From an uncultured Gemmatimonadaceae bacterium (lineage in GTDB: Bacteria > Gemmatimonadota > Gemmatimonadetes > Gemmatimonadales > GWC2-71-9), in NCBI GenBank assembly GCA_964475685.1, contig CAYYXP010000068.1:989-64988 (forward strand): DNA of 64,000 bases, written 5' to 3'. The notes under the pieces were generated by a model. That model was not told where the DNA came from and made no database searches. It saw only the letters and a list, made by a program, of their open reading frames with translations. Shown one piece after another: positions 8,712-20,603 of this stretch. The first letter of the stretch is position 1; the number at the start of each line of letters is the position of its first letter. A program made the translations under genes and the position numbers.

Positions 8712-9871
8712 GCGACGGCCTCCAGGCGCGCCCGCAGACGCGCGGTAAGGGTGGGGCCCAGGTAGAGCTGCGCGACCCGGTCGTCGTAAACGAGGTCCTG
8801 CACGGTACCCGAGGCCTGCACTCTGCCCTCGAACATGATGTAGGCTCGATCGACGATGTCGAGCGTCTGCTCGACGTTGTGGTCCGTGATGAGCACGCCG
8901 ATCCCCCGATGCCTCAGTCCGGCGACGATGGTCTGGATGTCATGCACGGCGATCGGATCGACGCCGGCGAACGGCTCGTCGAGGAGCATGAACTTCGGCT
9001 CGCTCACGAGGGCCCGGGTTATCTCCAGCCGCCGGCGCTCCCCGCCGCTCAGCGAATACGCCTTGTTGCGGCGGAGGTGCTTGATGGAGAGCTCGTCCAG
9101 CATGCCCTCCAGTCGGCGGAGGCGCTCCTCGCGCCCGAGGGGCCTCGTCTCCAGGATTGCCAGAATATTTTCCTCCACGGTCATCTTCCGGAAGATCGAG
9201 GGCTCCTGGGCCAAGTAGCCGATCCCCGCGCGCGCCCGCTGGTACATCGGCGCCCGGGTGAGATCGAGGCCGTCGAGGCGGACCCGCCCTTCATCGGGTC
9301 CGATGAGTCCTGTTATAAGGTAGAAGGTCGTGGTCTTTCCCGCGCCGTTGGGGCCCAGAAGCCCCACGATCTCTCCCTGGTGGACCCGCACACTCACCTG
9401 GTCCACGACCCTGCGCCCCTTGAAGCTCTTGGCCAGGTTCTCCCCTTCCAGGACGCTGGCGTTGGCTCGATGAGGCATGAGGGCCTTCGCCCTCTGCACG
9501 GCCCGTCCTGCGGCGGCCAGCAGCTCCTGGTAGACCGCCTCGCGATCTTGGGGACCGTCGCCCCACCAACGGACGCGCGGCGTCACCGGGTCCCATCCGC
9601 TGCCCGCCGGATCCAGGATCCAGCCTTCCGTCGCGAGACGGGGGAGCACCGACCTGGAAAGATGCCCCCGCACCTCGTCGCCGGAAACTTCCTGGTCGCC
9701 CTGGCCTCCGATCTCGCGGTAGCAGGCCAGATGCGCCTCGCGGTAGCTCATGACCAGGTCGGCAAAAGCCACCTTGGCCTCCGACCCGGCCCCACGGGTG
9801 ATGGCCGCGAGTGCGATGGGCACCGAGGGGTCGCGGTCGCCGAGGGAGGCGATCCAGTTGGGGGTGCTCAC
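8708..9871 (-). CDS. lptB: LPS export ABC transporter ATP-binding protein LptB with a 131-aa N-terminal extension
   Basis: The C-terminal ~250 aa has Walker [13 protein letters not shown], signature [15 protein letters not shown] and Walker [12 protein letters not shown], in the lptC-lptA-lptB-rpoN context. The ORF is open to GTG 9871 (GTGA overlap with the lptA stop). An internal ATG at 9478 would give a canonical-length LptB. Confidence 0.85.
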   Translation of the reverse strand: MSTPNWIASLGDRDPSVPIALAAITRGAGSEAKVAFADLVMSYREAHLACYREIGGQGDQEVSGDEVRGHLSRSVLPRLATEGWILDPAGSGWDPVTPRVRWWGDGPQDREAVYQELLAAAGRAVQRAKALMPHRANASVLEGENLAKSFKGRRVVDQVSVRVHQGEIVGLLGPNGAGKTTTFYLITGLIGPDEGRVRLDGLDLTRAPMYQRARAGIGYLAQEPSIFRKMTVEENILAILETRPLGREERLRRLEGMLDELSIKHLRRNKAYSLSGGERRRLEITRALVSEPKFMLLDEPFAGVDPIAVHDIQTIVAGLRHRGIGVLITDHNVEQTLDIVDRAYIMFEGRVQASGTVQDLVYDDRVAQLYLGPTLTARLRARLEAVA

Positions 9872-11226
9872 CGCTGCTGTCCGGTGCGCGGCCGGGTGCT
9901 GTCCGGCGTGGCCGCGGCCGAGTCCAATGCCATCTCGAGCTGGACCCCATCCACCCTGCCCCGGACGTCCACCCGCTCCACGCCCCCGTCGGCGGGCGGG
10001 CGCATGGTCACGACGATGACGTCGCCCCGTGAATAGTTGATCGAGGGTCGCTGCGGCGACACCAGGTTGGGGTCCACGTGATACGACTGGGCCAGAGCCC
10101 GCGCCTCGATCCGGCTCAGCACGGCCCGGGGCTTCCCGGACGAGTCGGCGGAGGCGAATTGCGCGATGATGGTGTCGCCGCGCATCCAGTCGCGGTCCTT
10201 GCTGAGGGTGTCCACGGCCCCACCCAGCCAGGCCGTGCCGAAGCCGCGCACCTCGCGGAGCTGCTGCCCGGGGCTGTCGATGGCCAGCGACTCGGCCCGC
10301 ATGGCATAGGCCGACGAGCTGGCGAGGGAGTGGGCGGGATCGCCCCAGGCGAAGGTGCGCTCCAGCTTTCTGGCCCTGAGATGAAGGGCGATCGTATCGG
10401 CGACGAGATCGAGATCCCGGCTGATCGCGTGCGCCGAACCCCTGGCGAGCAGGTTGTCGATCTCGCGGTTGACCAGCTTGAGGTCGATCCGCTTCCCGGT
10501 GACCCGGAAGCTGTCGGGTCCGAGGCCACGCAACACCGGTTCTCCCCCGGTGAGGACGGCCTCGCTGCCGAGCCCGGTATCGAGGCGCATCGAGTCGGAG
10601 CGGGCCGCGAAATCGCTGCGGTCGATCGTGACCTTCCCACCCGCCCAGATCCGGTCATCCCCCTTGAAGCGCACCCGGTCGCCGACGATGACGTACGGTT
10701 CGCCCTTCCTGGCGGTGGAATCGGAGGGCACGTAATTGATCTTCGGGCGGCCGACAGCGAACATCTCGAGAGTGTCGCGCACACCCTTGACCACGCGGAG
10801 ATAGTCAAGGGACGGGCCGGTGAGCGAGGAGCCGGTCGCGAGGTTGCGGGTGGCGACCCGGCCCCGGGCCTCCCACCTCTCGCCGTTCTTGTAGTAGGTG
10901 CCGTTGTCGGCATCCATGGAGATCGTCGAATCGCGGTACTTGACGTTGCCGATGAACTGGACGACGGTGCCGCCATACGCCGCCACGCTGTCGCTCTGCA
11001 TCGAGATCCGGGTGCCCCGGCAGCGCAATCGCACATTGCCGCCCGCAAAGTAGTTCGTGCCGGCGGGCGTCTCATTGACCGCCCCCTGCCGGTCCACGTT
11101 GTCTATCTGAAAGACGCAGCGGCCCGCTTGCCCCGCCGGTGCCGGGGGCTTGACCTGCGCCTCGGAGACCGCCGGCCAGGGAGCCGCGAGTGCCGCCATC
11201 AGCGCAAGCAGGACACGGCGAATCAT
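9868..11226 (-). CDS. lptA: Elongated LptA/OstA-like periplasmic protein
   Basis: 452 aa. Signal peptide [23 protein letters not shown], then repeated OstA-type beta-jellyroll sequence ([20 protein letters not shown]..., [20 protein letters not shown]...). Lies between lptC and lptB. Confidence 0.7.
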   Translation of the reverse strand: MIRRVLLALMAALAAPWPAVSEAQVKPPAPAGQAGRCVFQIDNVDRQGAVNETPAGTNYFAGGNVRLRCRGTRISMQSDSVAAYGGTVVQFIGNVKYRDSTISMDADNGTYYKNGERWEARGRVATRNLATGSSLTGPSLDYLRVVKGVRDTLEMFAVGRPKINYVPSDSTARKGEPYVIVGDRVRFKGDDRIWAGGKVTIDRSDFAARSDSMRLDTGLGSEAVLTGGEPVLRGLGPDSFRVTGKRIDLKLVNREIDNLLARGSAHAISRDLDLVADTIALHLRARKLERTFAWGDPAHSLASSSAYAMRAESLAIDSPGQQLREVRGFGTAWLGGAVDTLSKDRDWMRGDTIIAQFASADSSGKPRAVLSRIEARALAQSYHVDPNLVSPQRPSINYSRGDVIVVTMRPPADGGVERVDVRGRVDGVQLEMALDSAAATPDSTRPRTGQQR

Positions 11227-11813
11227 CGCGGAGGCTTCGCCCCGGGCGCCGGGGCCTCGGAATCCGCGGCCTGTCCCGGGAGCAACATTCCGTCCCCGGC
11301 CACGCCGCGCGGCTTGTCGGTCACGACGTTCTTGAAATCGGGGTCCGACTTGAAGCTGTTGCCCTCCAGGTGTTCTTCCGCACGATCGAATGTGAACGGG
11401 ACGTCGGTCGAAATGGTGTTGGCGGCATTGTCGTACTTGAGCGCCTGGGTGCGCAGCGTCCGGCCGTCCGGATTCACGACCACGACGTCGTCGTTTGCTT
11501 CCATCGAGCCGTCCTGCCAGCGGTAGGTGCCCCGCCTGGAGGTGAGCGTAGACCCTTCGACGCCCCTCAGATCGTAGAAGACCACCTTCAGGTGGAGCAG
11601 ATTGGTGAGCTGGGTGCTTTCGTAGAAGAACGCCGTGTCGGCTTCGACCCGGCTTCGCCGCACGCCGCCGAAGGTCACGTAGTGGGAGAACCCTTCCAGC
11701 ACCTGGTCGGCATTGTCCGCTGCCTGCACGATGGCCGTCGGCTTGACACCGGTCTCCTCGCAGGCGAGGAGACCGCCCGCCACCAGGACGCCCCAGAGCC
11801 TGAGGCGGCTCAC
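11223..11813 (-). CDS. lptC: LPS export system protein LptC-like (lipoprotein-type signal)
   Basis: 196 aa. N-terminal anchor LWGVLVAGGLLAC. LptC-like pattern RTLRTQALKYDNAANTISTDVPFTF...GNSFKSD. Conserved position between kdsD and lptA. Confidence 0.65.
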   Translation of the reverse strand: MSRLRLWGVLVAGGLLACEETGVKPTAIVQAADNADQVLEGFSHYVTFGGVRRSRVEADTAFFYESTQLTNLLHLKVVFYDLRGVEGSTLTSRRGTYRWQDGSMEANDDVVVVNPDGRTLRTQALKYDNAANTISTDVPFTFDRAEEHLEGNSFKSDPDFKNVVTDKPRGVAGDGMLLPGQAADSEAPAPGAKPPR

Positions 11814-12778
11814 ACTGCTCCCGCGCGCATCAGATCGTGCAGGTGCACCACTCCGGCGAGGAGGCCCTCCGGACTCACCACCGGGAGCGCGATGACACCG
11901 AAGCGTTCCATGGTGCCGGCCGCCGCCGCCGCGAGATCATCCGCCATCGCGGTGTGCGGTGTTCGGGTCATGATCTCCGACACGGACCTCGCGAGGAAGT
12001 CCGGCTCGCGCTCGGCCAGGCGCGTGAGGTCGCCGGGCGTGAGCACGCCCTGGAGGCGGCCGTCCACGGCCACCATGGCCAAGCCCCGCTCGTGGGCCAG
12101 CGTGACCACCGCGTCGCGCATCGTCGCGTCCGGAGCCAGCAGTCGTCCGGGCGGTATCATCACGTCCCGCACCTTGAGAAGGAGTTTGCGGCCCAGGCTG
12201 CCGCCGGGGTGCCGCTCGGCGAACGATTCCCGACCGAATCCCTTCTCTTCCAGCAAGGCTATCGCAAGGGCATCGCCCAGCGCGAGGGCGACAGTGGTAC
12301 TCGTCGTCGGAGCCAGATCATGGGGGCAGGCCTCCTCCGAAACCGAGCCGTCGAGCACGGCCGTCGCTACCCGCGCGAGCATGGAGCCCGCCGCCCCCGT
12401 GATGGCAATGATCGGGACCCGGTGACGCTGGAGCACCCCGGCGAGGCCGAACAGCTCTTCCGACTCCCCGCTCTTGCTGAGGAGAATCGCGGCGTCCGCC
12501 GTGCCGACGATGCCGAGATCGCCATGCAGCGAGTCCACCGGGTGGAGATACGAGGCCGGAGTGCCGGTCGAGGTCAGCGTCGCCGCAATCTTCCGCGCAA
12601 TGAGTCCCGACTTCCCGACGCCGGACACGATCACCCTGCCCTTCACGCCTGCCAGGATTCGCACCGCCTGCGCGAATGGCTCGCCGAGCCGTTCGGCGGC
12701 CATGGCCACCGCTCCGGACTCGAGCCTCAATACGCGCCGCCCGCGCTCGACCAGGCCGTTGGCCGGATCAGGTGACAC
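11810..12778 (-). CDS. kdsD: Arabinose-5-phosphate isomerase (KpsF/GutQ family)
   Basis: 322 aa. SIS domain GRVIVSGVGKSGLIARKIAATL plus tandem C-terminal CBS domains. Confidence 0.9.
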   Translation of the reverse strand: MSPDPANGLVERGRRVLRLESGAVAMAAERLGEPFAQAVRILAGVKGRVIVSGVGKSGLIARKIAATLTSTGTPASYLHPVDSLHGDLGIVGTADAAILLSKSGESEELFGLAGVLQRHRVPIIAITGAAGSMLARVATAVLDGSVSEEACPHDLAPTTSTTVALALGDALAIALLEEKGFGRESFAERHPGGSLGRKLLLKVRDVMIPPGRLLAPDATMRDAVVTLAHERGLAMVAVDGRLQGVLTPGDLTRLAEREPDFLARSVSEIMTRTPHTAMADDLAAAAAGTMERFGVIALPVVSPEGLLAGVVHLHDLMRAGAV

Positions 12779-13322
12779 GGGCGACCGGTTCGGTGAAGTA
12801 CCGCTCGAGAATGCCCGGCCACTCGCCCCTCGCCTTGAGGAGCGTCTCGACCACCTCGCGCACCGCTCCCTGCCCGCCGGCGGCCCGGGTCACGAACGTA
12901 GCCGCGGCCTTCACCTCGGCGACCGCGTTGGCCACGGCGATCGGCAGGCCGACCCGCCGCATCACCGTCAGGTCGGCGAGGTCGTCGCCCACGAAGGCCG
13001 CCTCCTCCCAGGCGATTCCGCGCGCCTCCAGCACCCCCGCGAAGGCCTCGAGCTTCCGGGGGCCCGGCACCTGCAGCAGCTCATCCACCCTGAGCTCGCG
13101 GGCGCGCACGGTAGTGGCCGCGGAGGAGCGCCCGCTCAGCCAGACGACCGGTATCTCCGCAATGCGGAGGAGCATCAGACCCAACCCATCCTGGATGTCG
13201 AAGCGCTTGAACTCGACGGTCTCGCCGGCCACCGGCCCCAGATAGACACCGTTGTCGGTGAGGACTCCGTCCACGTCGAGACCGAGGAGCCGCACCCGCC
13301 GGGCGAGGGTGGCCTCAAGCAT
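12768..13322 (-). CDS. kdsC: 3-deoxy-D-manno-octulosonate 8-phosphate phosphatase
   Basis: 184 aa. HAD motif LDVDGVLTDNG, then FDIQDGLGLMLL and GDDLADL. Confidence 0.85.
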   Translation of the reverse strand: MLEATLARRVRLLGLDVDGVLTDNGVYLGPVAGETVEFKRFDIQDGLGLMLLRIAEIPVVWLSGRSSAATTVRARELRVDELLQVPGPRKLEAFAGVLEARGIAWEEAAFVGDDLADLTVMRRVGLPIAVANAVAEVKAAATFVTRAAGGQGAVREVVETLLKARGEWPGILERYFTEPVARVT

Positions 13323-14147
13323 CGGGTGCCGTGCCGGGAGCCAGTGCGCGCTCCCGGGCCCGGGCCCAGAGGTCGAGGGTGCGCTCCATCAGCTCGTCGA
13401 GCCGGTCGAGGGGCCATTGAGTGGCGGCATCGCTGGAGGCGCGCTCGGGGGACGGATGGGTCTCCAGGAAGAACCCGTCGGCTCCGGCGACGGCCGCGGC
13501 CGCAAGAAGATGCGGGATGAACTCGCGCCGGCCCGCGCTCGACCCCCCGGCGCCCTGCCCCGGTTGCTGCACCGAGTGGCTTGCGTCGAACACCACGGCG
13601 GCCCCCGTGGCGGCCCGCAGCCGGGAGAAGTTCCGCATGTCCACCACGAGATCGCCGTACCCGAAGAAGGTCCCCCGTTCGGTGACCGCCAGGTCGCGGC
13701 TTCCCCCGCTGCGGACCTTCTCCAGCGCTCCGCCCATCGCTTCCGCCTGCACCCACTGCCCCTTCTTCACGTTGACCGGCTTGCCGGTCTTCCCCGCGGC
13801 CACCAGCAGATCCGTCTGACGGCAGAGAAAGGCGGGAATCTGAAGCGCGTCGACCACCATGGCGGCGGCCGCGGCCTGGGAAGGCTCGTGGATGTCGGTG
13901 ATCACCGGCAGGCCGCTGGTGGCGCGGACGCGCTCGAGCACCCGCAGCCCTTCGTCCATCCCCGGGCCCCGGGCGGCGTCGAGGCGCGCCCGGTTGGCCT
14001 TGTCGAAACTGGACTTGAAACAGACGGGGATTCCGCGGTCCAGCCCGAGCCTGGCGAGCGTCTCGGCGACCCGGAGGGCCGCATCGCCAGGCTCGATGAC
14101 GCAGGGCCCCGCGATCAGGAATGGTGCGGTGCCGAACGTCCAGGTCA

Positions 14148-14148
<1 letters not shown>
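13315..14148 (-). CDS. kdsA: 2-dehydro-3-deoxyphosphooctonate aldolase (Kdo8P synthase)
   Basis: 277 aa. FLIAGPCVIE, KSSFDKANR, FDASHSVQ motifs. Confidence 0.9.
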
Positions 14149-16564
<2,416 letters not shown>

Positions 16565-16611
16565 GGAAGCTAACGAGACCGGATAGCGGAGTCAAAAGTT
16601 GTGCCGTGGAC

Positions 16612-16643
16612 GGCTATCGGCTACTGGCTATCGGCTAGTGGCT
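16612..16643. repeat. Heptad tandem repeat GGCTAnn (4 full copies plus a partial), equivalently a 14-bp unit x2.3
   Basis: ggctatc ggctact ggctatc ggctagt ggct read directly. Lies in the 116-bp intergenic region upstream of kdsB. Confidence 0.9.
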
Positions 16644-16680
16644 TGAGGAGAAATGCGTTAGGCGTGGAAGGCCGATACCG

Positions 16681-17262
16681 TCACAAGACGGAGGAGAGAA
16701 AGTTTGCGAGAATCCGCCTTCCGTGATTGGTGCCCACGGATTCCGGGTGGAACTGCACCCCGTGGATAGGAAACCTGCGGTGCCGGAGGCCCATGATCTC
16801 ACTGCCCGCCGGCCTGTCGTCCGACCATGCGGTGATCTCGAACTCTTCGGGAAGGCCGGCGCGCGCCACGATGAGAGAGTGGTAGCGCATGGCCTCGAAC
16901 GGCGACGGAATGTCCCTGAAAAGGGGGCCGCCGGTATGTGCCACCATGGTGGACTTGCCGTGCATGAGGCGATCGGCCCGGATCACCTCGCCGCCGAAGG
17001 CCTCGCCGATCGCCTGGTGGCCAAGGCACACTCCCAATACCGGCACCGAGCCGGCGGCGGCGCGAACCAGTGGCACGGACACGCCCGCTTCGGCCGGAGT
17101 ACATGGGCCGGGGGAAATGATGATGGCGGATGGCCGGAGGGCGAGAAGCTCGTCCACGCCGGCGGCGTCGTTCCGGTAGACGACCGGATCGGCGCCGAGT
17201 TCGCCGGCGTATTGGACGAGATTGTAGGTAAAGCTGTCGTAGTTATCGAGGACGAGAAGCAT
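16681..17262 (-). CDS. trpG: Glutamine amidotransferase subunit of anthranilate/aminodeoxychorismate synthase (TrpG/PabA)
   Basis: 193 aa. [18 protein letters not shown], catalytic GVCLGHQ and HPES. TrpG and PabA cannot be distinguished from sequence alone. Confidence 0.85.
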   Translation of the reverse strand: MLLVLDNYDSFTYNLVQYAGELGADPVVYRNDAAGVDELLALRPSAIIISPGPCTPAEAGVSVPLVRAAAGSVPVLGVCLGHQAIGEAFGGEVIRADRLMHGKSTMVAHTGGPLFRDIPSPFEAMRYHSLIVARAGLPEEFEITAWSDDRPAGSEIMGLRHRRFPIHGVQFHPESVGTNHGRRILANFLSSVL

Positions 17263-17986
17263 CTTCCTTCAAGCTAGCCGCGCTCACGGAGTCCGCCAAT
17301 CCAACTGCCGCCTGCTTGAGCGACTCGATCCTCATCCGCCCCACGACACGAAGCGACTCGGCGAGCCGGTTGTTCCGCCCGTTCAGCGAGTCGGTCTTGC
17401 GCTGCTCGGCCGCCCCGATGGAATCACCGAGTGCCTCCATCGCGCCGGCCAGGGAATCCGAGGTCTCGGCCGAATCGGACAGGAAATTGCCCGTTTGCAG
17501 ATCGGCCACCAGGTTCTTCGACAGCCACAGTGCGAGAGTCACCCCGCCCGGCTTGAGGATTGCCTGACCGAACTCCACCAGCGCCGAGTCGGACTCGTCA
17601 CCCTTGAGGCAGCGGAAGGTGCCGTTCGTCCCGGGCTCCGTCCGGATATTCACCCCCTTGGCATCGTCACGGGATGCGTCGAAATTGGCTGCCAGCCTGC
17701 AATCGCTGAGTCCCAGCGCCACCAGCGAGTCCTCGAGCTTGACCTCGACGCGGACCGAGGAGACCTGCCTGGGAGTGGTCCGTTCGATGATGACCCGGTC
17801 CAGCATGCCCAGTTTGTGCCCGCCGATCTCGAAGGGGATGAATGCCAACGGAAGCGATATAGGCCCGCTGCCGTGAACGACGTCCTTCACCTTGACCACG
17901 CCCTTGCGGGCGAGCGTTACCCCGATCATCCCGACCGCGAAGATGACCAGCGCCCCGAGCAGGATCCTGATCCAGTAGTTTCGCAT
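17243..17986 (-). CDS. Hypothetical single-pass membrane protein
   Basis: Start chosen at [23 protein letters not shown] (N-terminal TM anchor). About 150 aa of beta-rich sequence is followed by a Ser/Ala/Leu-rich helical tail. No recognisable family. High GC3 supports coding. Confidence 0.55.
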   Translation of the reverse strand: MRNYWIRILLGALVIFAVGMIGVTLARKGVVKVKDVVHGSGPISLPLAFIPFEIGGHKLGMLDRVIIERTTPRQVSSVRVEVKLEDSLVALGLSDCRLAANFDASRDDAKGVNIRTEPGTNGTFRCLKGDESDSALVEFGQAILKPGGVTLALWLSKNLVADLQTGNFLSDSAETSDSLAGAMEALGDSIGAAEQRKTDSLNGRNNRLAESLRVVGRMRIESLKQAAVGLADSVSAASLKEDASRPR

Positions 17987-18123
17987 GCTTACGCTCCGAG
18001 TGTGCTGGCCAGGGACGGTGACACCGGTCTGCAATATGTTCCAAGTAGAGACGTTCCGGTACTGGTGAAAGTTTCGCCGGTCCCAGCCCCATCAATAAGC
18101 AGGGTCTGCCGGGAGGTCGTGCC

Positions 18124-18861
18124 GTGATCGAGGTTGATGGCCTGGAGAAGGTGTACGGGGACTTCACGGCGGTACAGGGGCTGTCCTTCCGGGTGGGAGG
18201 GGGGGAGGTGTTGGGTCTGGTGGGGCCGAACGGCGCCGGGAAGACCACCACCCTCCGGAGCCTGGCCGGCATTGTCCGCCCTACCCGTGGCCGGATCACG
18301 GTCGCTGGATTCGACCTCGCTACCCATCCGATCGACGCCAAGTCCCGGCTGGCCTTTGTCCCCGACGAGCCGCACCTGTTCGAGTACCTCACCGTCGAGG
18401 AACATCTCCGCTTCGTTGGCCGGCTCTACCAGGTCGCAGACGCCGAGGAGCGGATTCCCGGCCTCCTCGAGGAAATGGAGCTGGCCGGCAAGCGCGCGGC
18501 CCTTCCGGGGGAGCTGTCGCGAGGGATGAAGCAGAAGCTGCTGATCGCCTGCGGGCTCCTGCACCGTCCGCAGGTGCTGCTCCTCGACGAGCCGCTGACG
18601 GGGCTCGACCCGGTGGGGATCCGTCGCATGAAGGCGACGATCGTGAGTCGCGCGGAGGCCGGTGCCGCGGTGATCCTGAGCTCGCACCTCCTGCATCTCG
18701 TCGAGGAGGTGTGTACGCGACTGATGATCATGAATCGAGGCCGGTCCCTCGCGCTCGGCTCGATCAACGAAATCCTGTCGGCGAGACCGGACATGGCGGG
18801 GCGCACACTGGAGGAGGTCTTCGTCAGCATGGTGGGCGCGGACGCGCAGGGGGACCGGTGA
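18124..18861 (+). CDS. ABC transporter ATP-binding protein (ABC-2/DrrA-like)
   Basis: 245 aa. Walker [11 protein letters not shown], signature LSRGMKQKLLIA, Walker B LLLDEPLTGLD. Confidence 0.9.
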   Translation: MIEVDGLEKVYGDFTAVQGLSFRVGGGEVLGLVGPNGAGKTTTLRSLAGIVRPTRGRITVAGFDLATHPIDAKSRLAFVPDEPHLFEYLTVEEHLRFVGRLYQVADAEERIPGLLEEMELAGKRAALPGELSRGMKQKLLIACGLLHRPQVLLLDEPLTGLDPVGIRRMKATIVSRAEAGAAVILSSHLLHLVEEVCTRLMIMNRGRSLALGSINEILSARPDMAGRTLEEVFVSMVGADAQGDR

Positions 18862-20585
18862 TCGGGGCCCTCGCCTACCTCGCAAGTTGCTCCACCCGGA
18901 ACCGGCTGGCTCGCCAGCTCAGGCGCCTGCGCACACCCCGATATTTCATCGCGGTCCTGCTCGGCCTTCTCTACATCTGGGCAATCGTGGAGCAGCAGCG
19001 GACCGCCCGGAGCGGCGCCGATCCCGGCTCGGCCGGCTGGGTGGAGGTCATCGCCGCCCTGGGGGTGGCCGGCGCGGTCGCCTGGGCCTGGGTCTTCGGC
19101 TCGGAACGGCGGGTGCTTGCCTTCTCACCGGCGGACGTGACGTTCCTTTTCGCCGGGCCCGTGACTCGGCGGGGTCTCGTCACCTACAAGCTCCTCCGGT
19201 CCCAACTGACGGTGCTCTTCAATGTGCTGTTCTGGACGCTGCTCCTCTCGGGGGAGTCGTTCGGCGCGTCCCCGTGGCTCCGCGCGATTTCCCTCTGGGT
19301 GCTTCTCACCACGCTGTCGCTTCACCGCCTTGGTGCCTCGTTCGTGCGCGGCGGCCTGAAGCAGCATGGCGGCACCGCACTGAGGCGCAGCGCGCTGCCT
19401 CTCCTGGCGGCGGGTTCAGGCATCGCCGTTCTGGGGTGGGCGCTGTGGAGCAAGGCAGGCGGACTCACGGCCGCCCTCCATGAGGGAAACCCCGACGCTT
19501 TCCTCGCGGTCCTGACAGGGGCGATGCGCCAGCCACCCTTCCGGTGGCTGCTGATTCCCTTCCAGTTGATGATACGTCCCCTCACGGCACCCAGCGCCGA
19601 TGCCTGGGTACATGCCATCGGGCCGGCCATGGGCATCCTCGTCCTTCACTTCGTCTGGGTCATCCGCTCGGATGCCGCCTTTGAGGAAGCCGCTGTGGCG
19701 CATACGATGGCGCGAGCCCGCCGGGACCTGCCCGAGGAGCGTGCACGCTCTGCTCTTGCCAAGTCGGCCCTCCGCGGACTCCCCCCGCTCCTTCGCCTCC
19801 GGCCGACGGGGTGGCCGGCGGGCGCGATCTTCTGGAAGAGCCTTGTCTCCGTCGTCAGAGTCCGCCCGGTTCGCGGGCTCGGGATTACCGGCCTGGCGGC
19901 GGGAGGAGTGCTGGCATTTCTCTCCTTCGGCTCCGGAACGCCGGTGGCGGAGATCCTCGGAACACTCGCGCTGATCTGGGCCGTCCTGATGCTCCTCATC
20001 GGGCCGCAGTGGATTCGAAACGATTTGCGCGACGACCTGCCGAACTTCGATCTGCTTCGGAGCTATCCCGTGCCCGGCCGGTCGCTGGTCGCAGCGGAAG
20101 TCGCCGGCTCCGCTCTGGTGCTCACGGCCATCCAGCTCGGCCTGCTTGCCGTCGCCTACCTGGCCTTCCTCGGCAACGGTGACATGCCGCTCACGCTGCA
20201 GGAACGGTCGCTGGTGCTCCTCGCCGCGGCGGTGTGTCTCCCCCCCGTCAACTACCTGGCGATGCTGATACAGAACGGGGGCGCCCTCCTCTTTCCGGCA
20301 TGGGTCCGGGTCGGGCCGGAACGCGCCGGCGGTGTCGAGGCGCTGGGCCAAAACATGGTCCTCATCGTCGCTCATACCGGGCTGCTGGGGCTTCTCATCG
20401 CCGTCCCCATGGCAGCGGCCGGCGGGACCTACCTGGTCCTGGAGCCTGTCATCGGAGATTGGGCCGAATTCCCGGGCGCCGCAGCGGCGGTCTCGATTCT
20501 CCTTCTCGAGGCCCGGATGATCGTCGGCTGGCTGGGAGGGGTGTTGGAGGGGACCGACCCGCCGGCAGTGGCGCCCGGCGGCTAG
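18858..20585 (+). CDS. Large polytopic membrane protein, putative ABC exporter permease partner
   Basis: 575 aa from GTG 18858 (GTGA overlap with the ATPase stop), with at least 10 hydrophobic segments. The ORF-track start at 18711 lies inside the ATPase gene. Assignment rests on coupling to the ATPase and resemblance to 'putative ABC exporter' proteins. Confidence 0.55.
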   Translation: MIGALAYLASCSTRNRLARQLRRLRTPRYFIAVLLGLLYIWAIVEQQRTARSGADPGSAGWVEVIAALGVAGAVAWAWVFGSERRVLAFSPADVTFLFAGPVTRRGLVTYKLLRSQLTVLFNVLFWTLLLSGESFGASPWLRAISLWVLLTTLSLHRLGASFVRGGLKQHGGTALRRSALPLLAAGSGIAVLGWALWSKAGGLTAALHEGNPDAFLAVLTGAMRQPPFRWLLIPFQLMIRPLTAPSADAWVHAIGPAMGILVLHFVWVIRSDAAFEEAAVAHTMARARRDLPEERARSALAKSALRGLPPLLRLRPTGWPAGAIFWKSLVSVVRVRPVRGLGITGLAAGGVLAFLSFGSGTPVAEILGTLALIWAVLMLLIGPQWIRNDLRDDLPNFDLLRSYPVPGRSLVAAEVAGSALVLTAIQLGLLAVAYLAFLGNGDMPLTLQERSLVLLAAAVCLPPVNYLAMLIQNGGALLFPAWVRVGPERAGGVEALGQNMVLIVAHTGLLGLLIAVPMAAAGGTYLVLEPVIGDWAEFPGAAAAVSILLLEARMIVGWLGGVLEGTDPPAVAPGG

Positions 20586-20603
20586 GATTCGAGACCGCGG
20601 ATC

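Noticed and set aside
16592-16605. Sigma-54 promoter (GGCAC-N5-TTGA on the minus strand) upstream of the operon that contains rpoN
   Set aside because: The -24 GG and the spacing fit, but the near-invariant -12 GC is GA here, and no enhancer-binding-protein gene or UAS is evident. The same bases also read as a sigma70-like TTGACT hexamer. This is too weak to call.
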